A DNA stretch of 64,000 nucleotides from Escherichia coli (GCF_030384885.1 NZ_CP128613.1); one strand, 5' to 3'; counted from the first letter of the stretch, positions 15,668 to 30,937 are shown. Notes: a model not told the origin generated them from the letters alone. Translations and numbers: made by a program.

Positions 15668-16000
15668 TCAGTTATCAGGCATTCTGGCCGGTGGAATAAC
15701 CGCATTGGTGGCTTGCGCGTTGGCTTCGCTTTTTTCAACGCGTGAGCGCACCGAGCTGTCTTTGCGGAACACATCCCACGGCAGTAAAAGCGTGTCCATC
15801 ACAGCGGTAAACGGCATATCGAGAATCGCCAGCGACTTAGTGCCCCAGTTGGTTTCATCGTCGCCAATCATGGTGGCGCTGGCGCGGGTGCCGGGATACG
15901 TTCCTTCTTTTCCCCCGGTATGGGACATCACGCTGGAGCATCCTCCGAGTAATGTCATTCCGCTGCATATCATGAACGCTAACAACACATTTCTTATCAT
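15668..16000 (-). CDS. yidQ: small lipoprotein YidQ
   Basis: 110 aa from Met MIRNVLLAFMICSGMTLLGGC (lipobox); convergent with yidR. Confidence 0.8.
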   Translation of the reverse strand: MIRNVLLAFMICSGMTLLGGCSSVMSHTGGKEGTYPGTRASATMIGDDETNWGTKSLAILDMPFTAVMDTLLLPWDVFRKDSSVRSRVEKSEANAQATNAVIPPARMPDN

Positions 16001-16174
16001 AATAAATTCATCTGTTGATCGTGGGTGTTGGCCTGATGAGTTATAGCGATCCCTTGCTGAAAATAACATCATCATTACGTCGCACTGTGGCGGCTATCGC
16101 ACTTTAACGTTTCGTGCTGCCCCCTCAGTCTATGCAATAGACCATAAACTGCAAAAAAAAGTCCGCTAAAAAGA

Positions 16175-16204
16175 CTTGAAAAGTGCATTTCCAGACCCAT
16201 TTTT
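16175..16204 (+). promoter_or_regulatory. sigma32 heat-shock promoter of ibpA
   Basis: CTTGAAA at 16175-16181 and CCCATTTT at 16196-16204, 14-nt spacer, about 100 nt upstream of ibpA. Confidence 0.55.
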
Positions 16205-16305
16205 ACATCGTAGCCGATGAGGACGCGCCTGATGGGTGTTCTGGCTACCTGACCTGTCCATTGTGGAAGGTCTTACATTCTCGCTGATTTCAGGAGCTAT
16301 TGATT

Positions 16306-16719
16306 ATGCGTAACTTTGATTTATCCCCGCTTTACCGTTCTGCTATTGGATTTGACCGTTTGTTTAACCACTTAGAAAACAACCAGAGCCAGAGTAATGG
16401 CGGCTACCCTCCGTATAACGTTGAACTGGTAGACGAAAACCATTACCGCATTGCTATCGCTGTGGCTGGTTTTGCTGAGAGCGAACTGGAGATTACCGCC
16501 CAGGATAATCTGTTGGTGGTGAAAGGTGCTCATGCCGACGAACAAAAAGAGCGCACCTATCTGTACCAGGGCATCGCTGAACGCAACTTTGAACGTAAAT
16601 TCCAGTTAGCTGAGAACATTCATGTTCGTGGTGCTAACCTGGTGAATGGTCTGCTGTATATCGATCTCGAACGCGTGATTCCGGAAGCGAAAAAACCGCG
16701 CCGTATCGAAATCAACTAA
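16306..16719 (+). CDS. ibpA: small heat shock protein IbpA (alpha-crystallin family)
   Basis: 137 aa [29 protein letters not shown]. Confidence 0.97.
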
Positions 16720-16830
16720 TTCCCTAAGGCCGCCTGGCGCGGCCTGACATCTCCATGCTCGCCGTCAGGGAGCATATGCGAATCTTCGGATTTGCAGGTA
16801 CTTACTCGCTTCTTAGAAGGAGAAATGACT

Positions 16831-17259
16831 ATGCGTAACTTCGATTTATCCCCACTGATGCGTCAATGGATCGGTTTTGACAAACTGGCCAACGCACTGC
16901 AAAACGCCGGTGAAAGCCAGAGCTTCCCGCCGTACAACATTGAAAAAAGCGACGATAACCACTACCGCATTACCCTTGCGCTGGCAGGTTTTCGTCAGGA
17001 AGATTTAGAGATTCAACTGGAAGGTACGCGCCTGAGCGTAAAAGGCACGCCGGAGCAGCCAAAAGAAGAGAAGAAATGGCTGCATCAAGGGCTTATGAAT
17101 CAGCCGTTTAGCCTGAGTTTTACGCTGGCTGAAAATATGGAAGTCTCTGGCGCAACCTTCGTAAACGGTTTACTGCATATTGATTTAATTCGTAATGAGC
17201 CTGAACCCATCGCAGCGCAGCGTATCGCTATCAGCGAACGTCCCGCGTTAAATAGCTAA
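16831..17259 (+). CDS. ibpB: small heat shock protein IbpB
   Basis: 142 aa [24 protein letters not shown]; paralog of ibpA immediately downstream. Confidence 0.97.
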
Positions 17260-17274
17260 CTAGCTATTCTCTTT

Positions 17275-17302
17275 GCCCCACCATTCTGGTGGGGCTTTTT
17301 TT
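17275..17302 (+). terminator. rho-independent terminator after ibpB
   Basis: hairpin gccccaccattctggtggggc followed by ttttttt. Confidence 0.65.
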
Positions 17303-17454
17303 GTCTTTCTTCTTCAACAATGCGTTAATTTTCGCCTGTTTAAGATATTTCGGCACGTTCTTTCCCGTGATAATGTGCGCTATAAGGCAAATCTGCTTCA
17401 CCGATTCAGCCATAATCCGTAGCAATTAAAATGTTATCTCAAGAGAAATGGACG

Positions 17455-19116
17455 ATGAGTGATATAGCATTAACGGTCAGTATTCTGGCTTTGGTGGCAG
17501 TCGTCGGTTTGTTTATCGGCAACGTCAAATTTCGCGGCATAGGATTAGGTATTGGCGGCGTGCTGTTTGGTGGGATCATCGTCGGCCATTTTGTTTCTCA
17601 GGCGGGGATGACATTAAGTAGCGATATGCTGCATGTTATTCAGGAATTTGGCCTGATCCTGTTCGTTTATACCATCGGTATTCAGGTGGGGCCGGGCTTC
17701 TTTGCCTCATTGCGCGTCTCCGGATTACGCCTCAACCTGTTTGCTGTTCTGATCGTCATCATCGGTGGTCTGGTTACCGCCATCCTGCATAAACTGTTTG
17801 ATATTCCACTGCCGGTAGTACTGGGGATTTTCTCCGGTGCGGTAACCAATACGCCAGCACTGGGGGCAGGGCAGCAGATCTTGCGCGACCTGGGTACACC
17901 AATGGAAATGGTCGATCAGATGGGGATGAGTTACGCGATGGCGTATCCATTCGGCATTTGCGGGATTTTGTTCACCATGTGGATGTTGCGGGTTATTTTC
18001 CGCGTCAATGTCGAGACAGAAGCCCAGCAGCACGAGTCTTCACGCACCAATGGCGGCGCGCTGATCAGGACTATCAATATTCGCGTTGAGAACCCTAACC
18101 TGCATGATTTAGCCATTAAAGATGTACCGATTCTCAACGGGGACAAAATTATCTGTTCGCGTCTGAAACGAGAAGAAACCCTAAAAGTACCTTCGCCAGA
18201 TACTATTATCCAACTGGGCGATTTGCTGCATCTGGTGGGGCAGCCAGCGGATTTACATAATGCGCAACTGGTGATTGGTCAGGAGGTCGATACCTCGCTG
18301 TCTACGAAAGGCACTGATTTGCGCGTCGAGCGTGTGGTGGTCACCAATGAAAACGTGCTCGGAAAACGTATTCGCGACCTGCACTTTAAAGAACGCTATG
18401 ACGTTGTTATCTCGCGCCTGAACCGTGCCGGGGTCGAACTGGTCGCCAGTGGCGATATCAGCCTGCAGTTCGGCGATATTCTCAACCTGGTGGGGCGTCC
18501 GTCCGCAATTGATGCCGTTGCTAATGTGCTGGGGAATGCGCAGCAGAAACTGCAACAGGTTCAGATGCTGCCGGTGTTTATTGGTATCGGGCTTGGCGTA
18601 TTGTTAGGTTCTATTCCCGTCTTTGTGCCGGGATTCCCGGCGGCGTTGAAACTGGGACTGGCGGGCGGTCCGCTGATTATGGCGTTGATCCTCGGGCGTA
18701 TCGGCAGTATCGGTAAGCTGTACTGGTTTATGCCGCCAAGCGCCAACCTCGCGCTGCGGGAGCTGGGGATCGTACTGTTCCTCTCGGTAGTGGGGCTGAA
18801 ATCTGGTGGGGATTTTGTCAATACCCTGGTCAATGGCGAAGGGCTAAGCTGGATTGGATATGGTGCCCTGATCACCGCCGTTCCGCTGATTACTGTTGGT
18901 ATTCTGGCGCGGATGTTAGCCAAAATGAATTACCTGACCATGTGCGGAATGCTGGCTGGCTCCATGACCGATCCTCCGGCGCTGGCATTTGCTAATAATC
19001 TTCATCCAACCAGCGGTGCGGCGGCACTCTCTTATGCCACTGTCTATCCGTTGGTGATGTTCCTGCGCATTATCACCCCACAATTACTGGCGGTGCTCTT
19101 TTGGAGTATCGGTTAA
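17455..19116 (+). CDS. yidE: putative transporter YidE (AAE family, two TrkA-C domains)
   Basis: 553 aa from [22 protein letters not shown]; duplicated membrane domains with central soluble region. Confidence 0.9.
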
Positions 19117-19829
19117 CTCTTTTCCGGGTGGAGTCGCCGTAAATGGTACTCCACCTGGTATTCACTGGCATTTCTGAACATCACTGAATAATTCAAAAAC
19201 TCACCGCTCTCACTATATGACAACGAGGTGATCCGCAGCAGTGGTGTGTGTTCCGCTACCTTCATTTGCCGCGCCAGCAGTCTATCGGCGAGCACCGGCG
19301 TCAGGCTTTCATAATTACCGCCAATAAGAATCCCGCACTCTTGTTCAATATATTCAAACTTCGACCCTTCCAGATGTTGCAGCGAAAGGTTGCGGAACAG
19401 TTTTACCGGCATATAGCTATCTTCCAGCATCAGCGGTTTCCCTTCCACAAAACGAACGCGACGGGAGAAGTAGATCTGCTCGTTGATTTGAATCCGTAAT
19501 TGGCTGGCAATGGCCGGAGGCGCAGGCATGATTTCAAATATTAGCACCTGGCTGGTGACCGTTTTCCCCTGGCGTTTTAACACCTCCACCAGCCCGGTCA
19601 GGCTGGCAGTTTGATGCAGTACATCTTTGCGCACCAGATAAGTACCGCTGCCGTGGCGGCGGACCACCAACCCCCACGCCACCAGCAGGTCAATGGCTTT
19701 ACGGATGGTCATCCGTGATACCGCAAATTCTTCCGCCAGCTTTTTTTCACCGGGAAGAAGACTGTTTAGCGTGAAATCCGCGGAGTTAAGTCGAATTCTT
19801 AACCGCTCCGCAATGCTTTTGTAGATCAT
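19113..19829 (-). CDS. yidP: GntR-family transcriptional regulator YidP (HTH + UTRA)
   Basis: 238 aa from [14 protein letters not shown] motif [22 protein letters not shown]; stop overlaps yidE stop by 4 nt. Confidence 0.85.
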
Positions 19830-20124
19830 CTCTAGATCTCTTTTTTGCCTGCAAGCCCGGGTAAAGCGCCCACAAATTTCGATTAATCCGTTGAAAAAGC
19901 ATCTTTTTTTTAGTGATGTGTTCGATGCTGTGTACCCGTGTTCACAGATGTCTACTTTTTCGCGAAAACGTAGATCTCTACCGCTCAACGAAAAGCATGA
20001 AAGCGATCACGAATCCCACTGGGTCGTCATGTTCTGCCGATAGCATCTTCCTATCCTCGCTCCAGGCCTGCCGCATAACCAATCAGGCTTCCTACTTACA
20101 GAATTGAGAAAAGAGGATGTGGAA

Positions 20125-23953
<3,829 letters not shown>

Positions 23954-24119
23954 TTTAATATCCCTCCGGCGAATTATGCTCACAACCTGAACTTAACAGA
24001 AAACAATCCGTTCAGGGATACGACGTTTGTATTTTAAGAATCTGACTGCCTGACCCGACGCATTTTACCTCTCCCTATATTCATGCGTCCGGGACATAAA
24101 CATAAATAAGGGCTATGAG

Positions 24120-25835
24120 ATGAATTCGTTACAAATCTTGAGTTTTGTCGGTTTTACGCTGCTGGTGGCGGTCATCACCTGGTGGAAGGTCCGCAAAACA
24201 GATACCGGATCGCAACAAGGCTATTTTCTTGCCGGACGTTCACTAAAAGCGCCGGTTATTGCCGCTTCGTTAATGTTAACCAACCTTTCCACGGAACAAC
24301 TGGTTGGACTTTCCGGGCAGGCCTACAAAAGCGGCATGTCGGTGATGGGCTGGGAAGTCACTTCTGCGGTGACGCTGATCTTCCTCGCGCTAATCTTTTT
24401 ACCGCGCTATCTGAAGCGTGGCATTGCCACCATCCCCGATTTCCTGGAGGAACGTTATGATAAAACGACGCGTATTATCATCGACTTCTGCTTCCTCATT
24501 GCCACCGGTGTCTGCTTTCTGCCGATTGTTCTCTACTCCGGCGCGTTGGCGTTAAACAGCCTGTTTCACGTCGGGGAATCGTTACAAATTTCCCACGGCG
24601 CAGCGATCTGGCTACTGGTTATTTTGCTTGGCCTGGCGGGAATTTTGTATGCGGTGATCGGCGGACTGCGCGCAATGGCAGTGGCGGACTCCATCAACGG
24701 TATTGGGCTGGTTATTGGCGGGTTGATGGTGCCGATATTTGGCCTGATCGCGATGGGCAAGGGCAGCTTTATGCAGGGCATTGAGCAACTCACCACCGTT
24801 CACGCCGAGAAGTTAAACTCAGTCGGCGGCCCGACCGATCCCTTGCCGATTGGCGCGGCATTTACCGGTTTGATTCTGGTGAACACCTTTTACTGGTGTA
24901 CAAATCAGGGCATCGTGCAACGCACGCTGGCGTCAAAAAGTTTGGCGGAAGGGCAAAAAGGGGCGCTGTTAACGGCGGTGCTGAAAATGCTCGACCCGCT
25001 GGTATTGGTGCTGCCAGGGTTGATAGCGTTTCATCTGTATCAGGATTTACCGAAAGCTGATATGGCTTATCCGACGCTGGTCAATAACGTTCTGCCAGTG
25101 CCACTGGTAGGTTTTTTCGGCGCGGTGTTATTTGGTGCGGTGATCAGTACTTTCAACGGCTTTCTGAATAGCGCCAGTACGTTATTCAGTATGGGCATTT
25201 ACCGACGCATCATTAACCAAAATGCCGAGCCGCAGCAACTGGTTACCGTCGGGCGCAAATTTGGTTTCTTTATCGCCATTGTTTCGGTGCTGGTCGCGCC
25301 GTGGATCGCCAACGCGCCGCAGGGGCTGTATAGCTGGATGAAACAGCTCAACGGTATTTACAACGTGCCGCTGGTTACCATCATCATTATGGGCTTTTTC
25401 TTCCCCCGCATTCCGGCACTGGCGGCAAAAGTGGCGATGGGGATTGGCATTATCAGCTACATTACCATCAACTATCTGGTGAAGTTCGACTTCCATTTCC
25501 TCTATGTGCTGGCCTGTACGTTCTGCATCAACGTGGTAGTGATGCTGGTGATTGGTTTTATCAAACCACGCGCCACGCCGTTCACTTTCAAAGATGCGTT
25601 TGCGGTGGACATGAAGCCGTGGAAAAACGTCAAGATCGCGTCAATTGGCATCTTGTTCGCGATGATTGGCGTCTATGCCGGGCTGGCTGAATTCGGCGGC
25701 TACGGTACGCGCTGGTTGGCGATACTCAGTTATTTCATCGCTGCCGTAGTGATTGTCTACCTGATTTTTGACAGCTGGCGGCATCGTCACGACCCAGCCG
25801 TAACCTTTACTCCCGACGCGAAGGATAGCCTATGA
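24120..25835 (+). CDS. yidK: sodium:solute symporter family transporter YidK
   Basis: 571-aa polytopic membrane protein. Confidence 0.9.
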   Translation: MNSLQILSFVGFTLLVAVITWWKVRKTDTGSQQGYFLAGRSLKAPVIAASLMLTNLSTEQLVGLSGQAYKSGMSVMGWEVTSAVTLIFLALIFLPRYLKRGIATIPDFLEERYDKTTRIIIDFCFLIATGVCFLPIVLYSGALALNSLFHVGESLQISHGAAIWLLVILLGLAGILYAVIGGLRAMAVADSINGIGLVIGGLMVPIFGLIAMGKGSFMQGIEQLTTVHAEKLNSVGGPTDPLPIGAAFTGLILVNTFYWCTNQGIVQRTLASKSLAEGQKGALLTAVLKMLDPLVLVLPGLIAFHLYQDLPKADMAYPTLVNNVLPVPLVGFFGAVLFGAVISTFNGFLNSASTLFSMGIYRRIINQNAEPQQLVTVGRKFGFFIAIVSVLVAPWIANAPQGLYSWMKQLNGIYNVPLVTIIIMGFFFPRIPALAAKVAMGIGIISYITINYLVKFDFHFLYVLACTFCINVVVMLVIGFIKPRATPFTFKDAFAVDMKPWKNVKIASIGILFAMIGVYAGLAEFGGYGTRWLAILSYFIAAVVIVYLIFDSWRHRHDPAVTFTPDAKDSL

Positions 25836-27325
25836 AACGCCCCAATTTTTTGTTCATCATGACCGATACCCAGGCCACCAATATGGTCGGTTGCTATAGC
25901 GGTAAGCCGCTGAATACGCAAAATATTGATAGTCTGGCGGCGGAAAGTATTCGCTTTAATTCCGCCTATACCTGTTCACCGGTTTGTACACCAGCGCGCG
26001 CCGGGCTGTTTACCGGTATCTACGCTAACCAGTCCGGCCCGTGGACCAATAACGTCGCGCCGGGCAAAAACATCTCTACGATGGGGCGCTACTTTAAGGA
26101 TGCGGGCTATCACACCTGTTACATTGGCAAATGGCATCTCGACGGTCATGACTATTTCGGCACTGGCGAGTGCCCGCCGGAGTGGGACGCTGATTACTGG
26201 TTCGATGGGGCGAACTACCTTAGCGAACTGACGGAAAAAGAGATCAGCCTGTGGCGCAATGGCCTAAACAGTGTTGAGGATTTACAGGCGAACCAGATCG
26301 ACGAAACCTTCACCTGGGCGCACCGCATCAGCAATCGGGCGGTAGATTTTCTGCAACAGCCCGCGCGCGCCGAGGAACCCTTCCTGATGGTGGTTTCGTA
26401 TGATGAGCCGCATCACCCGTTCACCTGTCCGGTGGAGTATTTAGAGAAATACGCTGATTTTTACTACGAACTTGGCGAGAAATCACAGGATGACCTGGCG
26501 AACAAACCGGAACATCACCGCTTATGGGCGCAGGCGATGCCATCGCCAGTCGGTGATGACGGGCTTTATCACCATCCGCTCTATTTTGCCTGCAATGACT
26601 TTGTTGATGACCAAATCGGACGGGTCATCAATGCCTTAACGCCAGAGCAACGTGAAAATACGTGGGTCATTTATACCTCCGATCATGGTGAAATGATGGG
26701 CGCACATAAGCTGATCAGTAAAGGAGCGGCGATGTATGACGACATCACCCGTATTCCGCTGATCATCCGTTCGCCGCAAGGGGAGCGGCGGCAGGTCGAT
26801 ACGCCAGTCAGCCATATTGACTTACTGCCGACAATGATGGCGCTGGCAGATATTGAAAAACCAGACATTCTGCCGGGGGAAAATATCCTTGCCGTGAAAG
26901 AGCCACGCGGCGTAATGGTGGAATTTAACCGCTACGAGATTGAGCATGACAGCTTTGGCGGTTTTATTCCGGTGCGTTGCTGGGTGACGGATGACTTTAA
27001 ACTGGTACTCAACCTCTTCACCAGTGATGAACTTTACGATCGCCGTAATGACCTAAATGAAATGCATAATCTGATCGATGATATCCGTTTTACCGACGTT
27101 CGCCGCAAAATGCATGACGCCTTGCTGGATTACATGGACAAAATTCGCGATCCGTTCCGCAGTTACCAATGGAGTCTGCGTCCGTGGCGTAAAGATGCGC
27201 AACCGCGCTGGATGGGGGCGTTCCGTCCACGCCCACAGGATGGCTATTCGCCGGTAGTACGCGACTATGACACCGGCCTGCCAACACAAGGGGTGAAGGT
27301 GGAAGAGAAAAAACAGAAGTTTTGA
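25832..27325 (+). CDS. yidJ: sulfatase YidJ
   Basis: 497 aa; sulfatase signature CSPVCTPARAGLFTG (formylglycine cysteine context). Confidence 0.9.
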   Translation: MKRPNFLFIMTDTQATNMVGCYSGKPLNTQNIDSLAAESIRFNSAYTCSPVCTPARAGLFTGIYANQSGPWTNNVAPGKNISTMGRYFKDAGYHTCYIGKWHLDGHDYFGTGECPPEWDADYWFDGANYLSELTEKEISLWRNGLNSVEDLQANQIDETFTWAHRISNRAVDFLQQPARAEEPFLMVVSYDEPHHPFTCPVEYLEKYADFYYELGEKSQDDLANKPEHHRLWAQAMPSPVGDDGLYHHPLYFACNDFVDDQIGRVINALTPEQRENTWVIYTSDHGEMMGAHKLISKGAAMYDDITRIPLIIRSPQGERRQVDTPVSHIDLLPTMMALADIEKPDILPGENILAVKEPRGVMVEFNRYEIEHDSFGGFIPVRCWVTDDFKLVLNLFTSDELYDRRNDLNEMHNLIDDIRFTDVRRKMHDALLDYMDKIRDPFRSYQWSLRPWRKDAQPRWMGAFRPRPQDGYSPVVRDYDTGLPTQGVKVEEKKQKF

Positions 27326-27371
27326 CGATAATGCCCGCTGATGATCACCCGGCGGGCATTATTCAGGCTGC

Positions 27372-27821
27372 TTAAACCAGCGAACCGCCGGTCAGGAAGG
27401 AAAAGATAAGGAATATCAGCAAAATGCTGCACACGATGCCGATACCAAAAAGCAAGGTATGGAAAGCCAGCGTCCCGCCGCCAAAAACCAGCGCGCCGCG
27501 AATGCCCCAGCAATTTTCCTTACGCATACCGCCAATAAATGCGCAAAGTAGCGCGGCAATGGCCAGTGCGATACCGCTTTGATCGAGGATTTTATCGACA
27601 TCTACATCCTCTTTTTTCTCCACGGTGGTAATTTTTTCGCCTTTTATTCCGGCGAGAAGACCTCTTTTAATTTCAGCCGTTTTGTCCGCCACGATACTTT
27701 CAAGCGTTGGCGGTGGTGCGGAAAAAGGGCCGAATGAAAAGTGGATAATCCCCATTATTAAAGCGATGGCACCGAACAGCATGCCCAATGAACTGATTTT
27801 ATTTTGCGCTATGATACCCAT
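27372..27821 (-). CDS. yidI: inner membrane protein YidI
   Basis: 149 aa from MGIIAQNKISSLGMLFGAIALIMGI. Confidence 0.8.
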   Translation of the reverse strand: MGIIAQNKISSLGMLFGAIALIMGIIHFSFGPFSAPPPTLESIVADKTAEIKRGLLAGIKGEKITTVEKKEDVDVDKILDQSGIALAIAALLCAFIGGMRKENCWGIRGALVFGGGTLAFHTLLFGIGIVCSILLIFLIFSFLTGGSLV

Positions 27822-27928
27822 CTGACCTCCTTGTAGCGGATGGCAAAAGCATATCAGGAAACGGGCGGACGAAATTCTTAAAAAAACCGCTAAAGGTAGA
27901 GCGTTAGTGAAATTGCAAAGGAGCAACA

Positions 27929-28276
27929 ATGAAAATTTCCCGCCTCGGAGAAGCGCCCGATTACCGCTTCTCGCTGGCTAATGAGCGTACTTTTTTGGCG
28001 TGGATCCGTACTGCACTAGGATTTCTGGCGGCGGGGGTTGGGCTTGATCAACTTGCGCCAGATTTCGCCACGCCCGTCATTCGCGAACTGCTGGCGTTGT
28101 TGTTGTGTCTGTTTTCCGGCGGGTTAGCGATGTATGGCTACTTGCGCTGGTTACGCAATGAAAAAGCGATGCGTCTGAAAGAGGACCTGCCCTATACCAA
28201 CAGCTTATTAATCATCAGCGTAATATTGATGGTCGTGGCGGTGATCGTTATGGGACTGGTGTTGTATGCCGGATAG
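27929..28276 (+). CDS. yidH: DUF202 inner membrane protein YidH
   Basis: 115 aa with two TM segments. Confidence 0.85.
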   Translation: MKISRLGEAPDYRFSLANERTFLAWIRTALGFLAAGVGLDQLAPDFATPVIRELLALLLCLFSGGLAMYGYLRWLRNEKAMRLKEDLPYTNSLLIISVILMVVAVIVMGLVLYAG

Positions 28277-28628
28277 CCGTAAAGCCAGACGTATTGCCGA
28301 CCCAGGGCTACAGCCGGAACGCACATCACTGGCGTGGTTTCGTACCATGCTGGGCTACGGCGCGTTGATGGCGTTGGCTATCAAACACAATTGGCACCAG
28401 GCGGGCATGTTGTTCTGGATCTCGATCGGCATCCTCGCCATCGTGGCGTTGATCCTCTGGCACTACACCCGTAATCGCAATTTAATGGATGTCACGAATA
28501 GCGATTTTTCTCAATTTCACGTAGTCCGTGACAAATTTTTGATCTCCCTCGCGGTGTTATCTCTCGCAATACTGTTTGCTGTAACGCATATACATCAACT
28601 TATCGTATTTATTGAGAGAGTCGCATGA
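28266..28628 (+). CDS. yidG: DUF202 inner membrane protein YidG
   Basis: 120 aa; overlaps yidH end. Confidence 0.85.
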   Translation: MPDSRKARRIADPGLQPERTSLAWFRTMLGYGALMALAIKHNWHQAGMLFWISIGILAIVALILWHYTRNRNLMDVTNSDFSQFHVVRDKFLISLAVLSLAILFAVTHIHQLIVFIERVA

Positions 28629-29122
28629 CAGGAAGTCAGGTCATTGATGCTGAAGAGGACAGGCATAAACTGGTTGTAGAGTATAAGGATGCTCTGCAAC
28701 CTGCCGATTTTTATTACAATTTCAAACAGCGGGGCATCCGCTCCGTACAGCTTATTCCCCATCTTGAATTTGATGACCGGGGCGATCTGACGGCCGCTTC
28801 GGTGACAGCAGAGCTGTGGGGGAAATTTTTAATTGCCCTGTTCGAGTGTTGGGTACGGGCAGATATCAGTCGTATCTCGATTGAGCTTTTTGACGCCACC
28901 CTACAAAAATGGTGTGGCAGCGAAAACCCGCAACCGGGCCGTGGCTGCCAGGCGTGCGACTGGCATCGGCTGTGCCCGCACGCTCGGGAGGAGACGCCAG
29001 ACAACGTGCTTTGTGCGGGCTATCAGGCGTTTTATTCTTACTCCGCGCCGCATATGCGGGTGATGCGTGATCTGATAAAGCAGCATCGTTCTCCCATGGA
29101 GCTGATGACGATGCTGCGGTGA
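28625..29122 (+). CDS. yidF: YidF, putative sulfatase-maturase-related protein
   Basis: 165 aa; Cys-rich C-terminal region (CGSENPQPGRGCQACDWHRLCPH); overlaps yidG end. Confidence 0.8.
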   Translation: MTGSQVIDAEEDRHKLVVEYKDALQPADFYYNFKQRGIRSVQLIPHLEFDDRGDLTAASVTAELWGKFLIALFECWVRADISRISIELFDATLQKWCGSENPQPGRGCQACDWHRLCPHAREETPDNVLCAGYQAFYSYSAPHMRVMRDLIKQHRSPMELMTMLR

Positions 29123-29129
29123 CGTGAGC

Positions 29130-30314
29130 TTAAACGGGCTGCCCCTGATGCGACATCCGCGTCGCCAGCGGTAGCCAGCACAGCACGATCAACAATCCCA
29201 TTAAGGTCATCAACAACCCCAGGCTGCCCTGACCGGTTTGCGGCAACATCGCAGAGAGCGACGCAAGCACGCCGGAACCAATGTTTTGCAGACCGCCGAC
29301 CAGCGCGCCAGCCGTGCCCGCCAGGAAGGGGAACGGTTCCATTGCGCCGCTGGTCGCCAGCGGAAACAGCATCCCGGCACCGAAAAAGAACAGCGCGGCG
29401 GGAACGAGCAGCGTCCAGACATTCATCACGCCAAACCAGTCGGGGATCCACATCAGCAAGCCAGCCAGCAGGCAGCAGATAACCGACTGCCACATCAACG
29501 TCGGGAATCGTTTATTAGGACGCCCGGCAAACCATGCTCCAAAAAATGCCGCCGGAATTGGCAGAATAAACAAAATACTGACCGTCATACTGCTCAGCCC
29601 TAATACCGCACCCATCAGCACGCCGGAGCAGGCTTCAAAGGCGGCAATCCCGGCCAGACCGCCAATCAGCATCAGCAAATAACAGTTAAAACCGCTGTTA
29701 CCGAAAAGCGTTTTATAACTGGTAAGCAGGCGCGTGTGTGGTGCATCTACCGGACGCGTTTCCGGCATCCAGCGCGCCATACTGAAGGTCACACCGGCAC
29801 AAAGTACCAACAGGAAGAGATAACAGGCGCGCCAGTTCCACATCGTATCCAGCAGACCGCCGATTAACGGTGCGAGCAACGGACTGACAAGAATTCCCAT
29901 GTTTAACAGGCTGTTAGCGTGACGCAACTGTGTCCGTTCATATAAATCACGCGGCAATGTACGCGCCATCACGCCGCCTACGCCGGTGCCCATCCCCTGC
30001 ATCGCGCTGGCGGCAATCAACACCGTCAAACTGGAGGTCGTGACCGCGACCAGCGTTGCCAGCATAAAAATGGACATTCCGACGAGGATCACCGGTCGGC
30101 GACCCACACGGTCGGATATCGGGCCATAAAACAGTTGCGAGACACCGTAAGTCAGCAGATAAGCGCCCATTACGCTTTGCACCGCCCCTTCACGAACGTT
30201 GAGATCGCGCGCCATATCGGCAATAGCTGGAATATAAATGGTTTGCGCCATCTGACCGACGGCCACGAGTAATACCAACATCAATAACAAATTGACGTTT
30301 CTATGCCTTTTCAT
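29130..30314 (-). CDS. emrD: multidrug efflux MFS transporter EmrD
   Basis: 394 aa from MKRHRNVNLLLMLVLLVAVGQMAQTIYIPAIADMARDL. Confidence 0.95.
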   Translation of the reverse strand: MKRHRNVNLLLMLVLLVAVGQMAQTIYIPAIADMARDLNVREGAVQSVMGAYLLTYGVSQLFYGPISDRVGRRPVILVGMSIFMLATLVAVTTSSLTVLIAASAMQGMGTGVGGVMARTLPRDLYERTQLRHANSLLNMGILVSPLLAPLIGGLLDTMWNWRACYLFLLVLCAGVTFSMARWMPETRPVDAPHTRLLTSYKTLFGNSGFNCYLLMLIGGLAGIAAFEACSGVLMGAVLGLSSMTVSILFILPIPAAFFGAWFAGRPNKRFPTLMWQSVICCLLAGLLMWIPDWFGVMNVWTLLVPAALFFFGAGMLFPLATSGAMEPFPFLAGTAGALVGGLQNIGSGVLASLSAMLPQTGQGSLGLLMTLMGLLIVLCWLPLATRMSHQGQPV

Positions 30315-30542
30315 TATCACGGATGCTTTTATAAAAATAATTAGAATAAGTCACTACGCATTCCCATAAATGCGGGAGAGGAATCTATCACATTGATGAA
30401 TGTTAGCCAGATATACGCCAGGAATGGGGAATTGTTTAGCGGCAGAATATGTAAACAAAAGCGGCAATAAATGTTGCCGGGAGGGATGGTAGGTCGGATA
30501 AGATGCGTCAGCATCGCATCCGACACCAACCCACACGCTAAA

Positions 30543-30571
30543 TATAAAAGGGGAGCGGTTACCCGCTCCCC
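30543..30571 (-). terminator. rho-independent terminator of the tisAB transcript
   Basis: inverted repeat ggggagcgg/ccgctcccc; minus-strand reading gives the stem followed by a U-run. Confidence 0.5.
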
Positions 30572-30593
30572 TTTGGTGCGACTTGAATCTGAA

Positions 30594-30683
30594 TTACTTC
30601 AGGTATTTCAGAACAGCATCAAGCAGTTGCAGTGCTGCAACAATGAGTTTGAGGATAAGAATGGCGATATCCACCAGGCTCAT
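30594..30683 (-). CDS. tisB: type I toxin TisB (29 aa, SOS-induced membrane peptide)
   Basis: minus-strand translation MSLVDIAILILKLIVAALQLLDAVLKYLK; not in the ORF track because shorter than 60 aa. Confidence 0.9.
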   Translation of the reverse strand: MSLVDIAILILKLIVAALQLLDAVLKYLK

Positions 30684-30916
30684 ACGCGTCTCCTGTGGTT
30701 CAGGAGCACTGCCAGCTGACGTACCTTTCCGCTGCCTGTTGCCAGCTGTTATGCACGCGGCATCTCAAGGAGAAACGTTGTGCTGTTGACATAACACAGT
30801 GTGCTCACGCGGGGTTAAGGCGCTGACGGCACCACCCGTTTCAGCCAGGACTTAGTGCGCCGGGTAACGATGCGGCCCCCGCATAACACATTGCGTACAG
30901 TGATATTATAGAAGAG

Positions 30917-30937
30917 CACTGTATAAATAAACAGTAA
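30917..30937. promoter_or_regulatory. LexA box (SOS operator) between divergent tisAB and istR
   Basis: cactgtataaataaacagtaa matches CTGT-N8-ACAG. Confidence 0.75.

Noticed and set aside
16720-16830. Possible separate sigma54 promoter for ibpB in the ibpA-ibpB spacer
   Set aside because: I could not find a convincing TGGCAC-N5-TTGCA match by eye; left unannotated.
29038-29682. Several 70-150-aa ORFs on both strands inside emrD
   Set aside because: Shadow ORFs within a GC-rich membrane transporter gene; Arg/Pro-rich translations.
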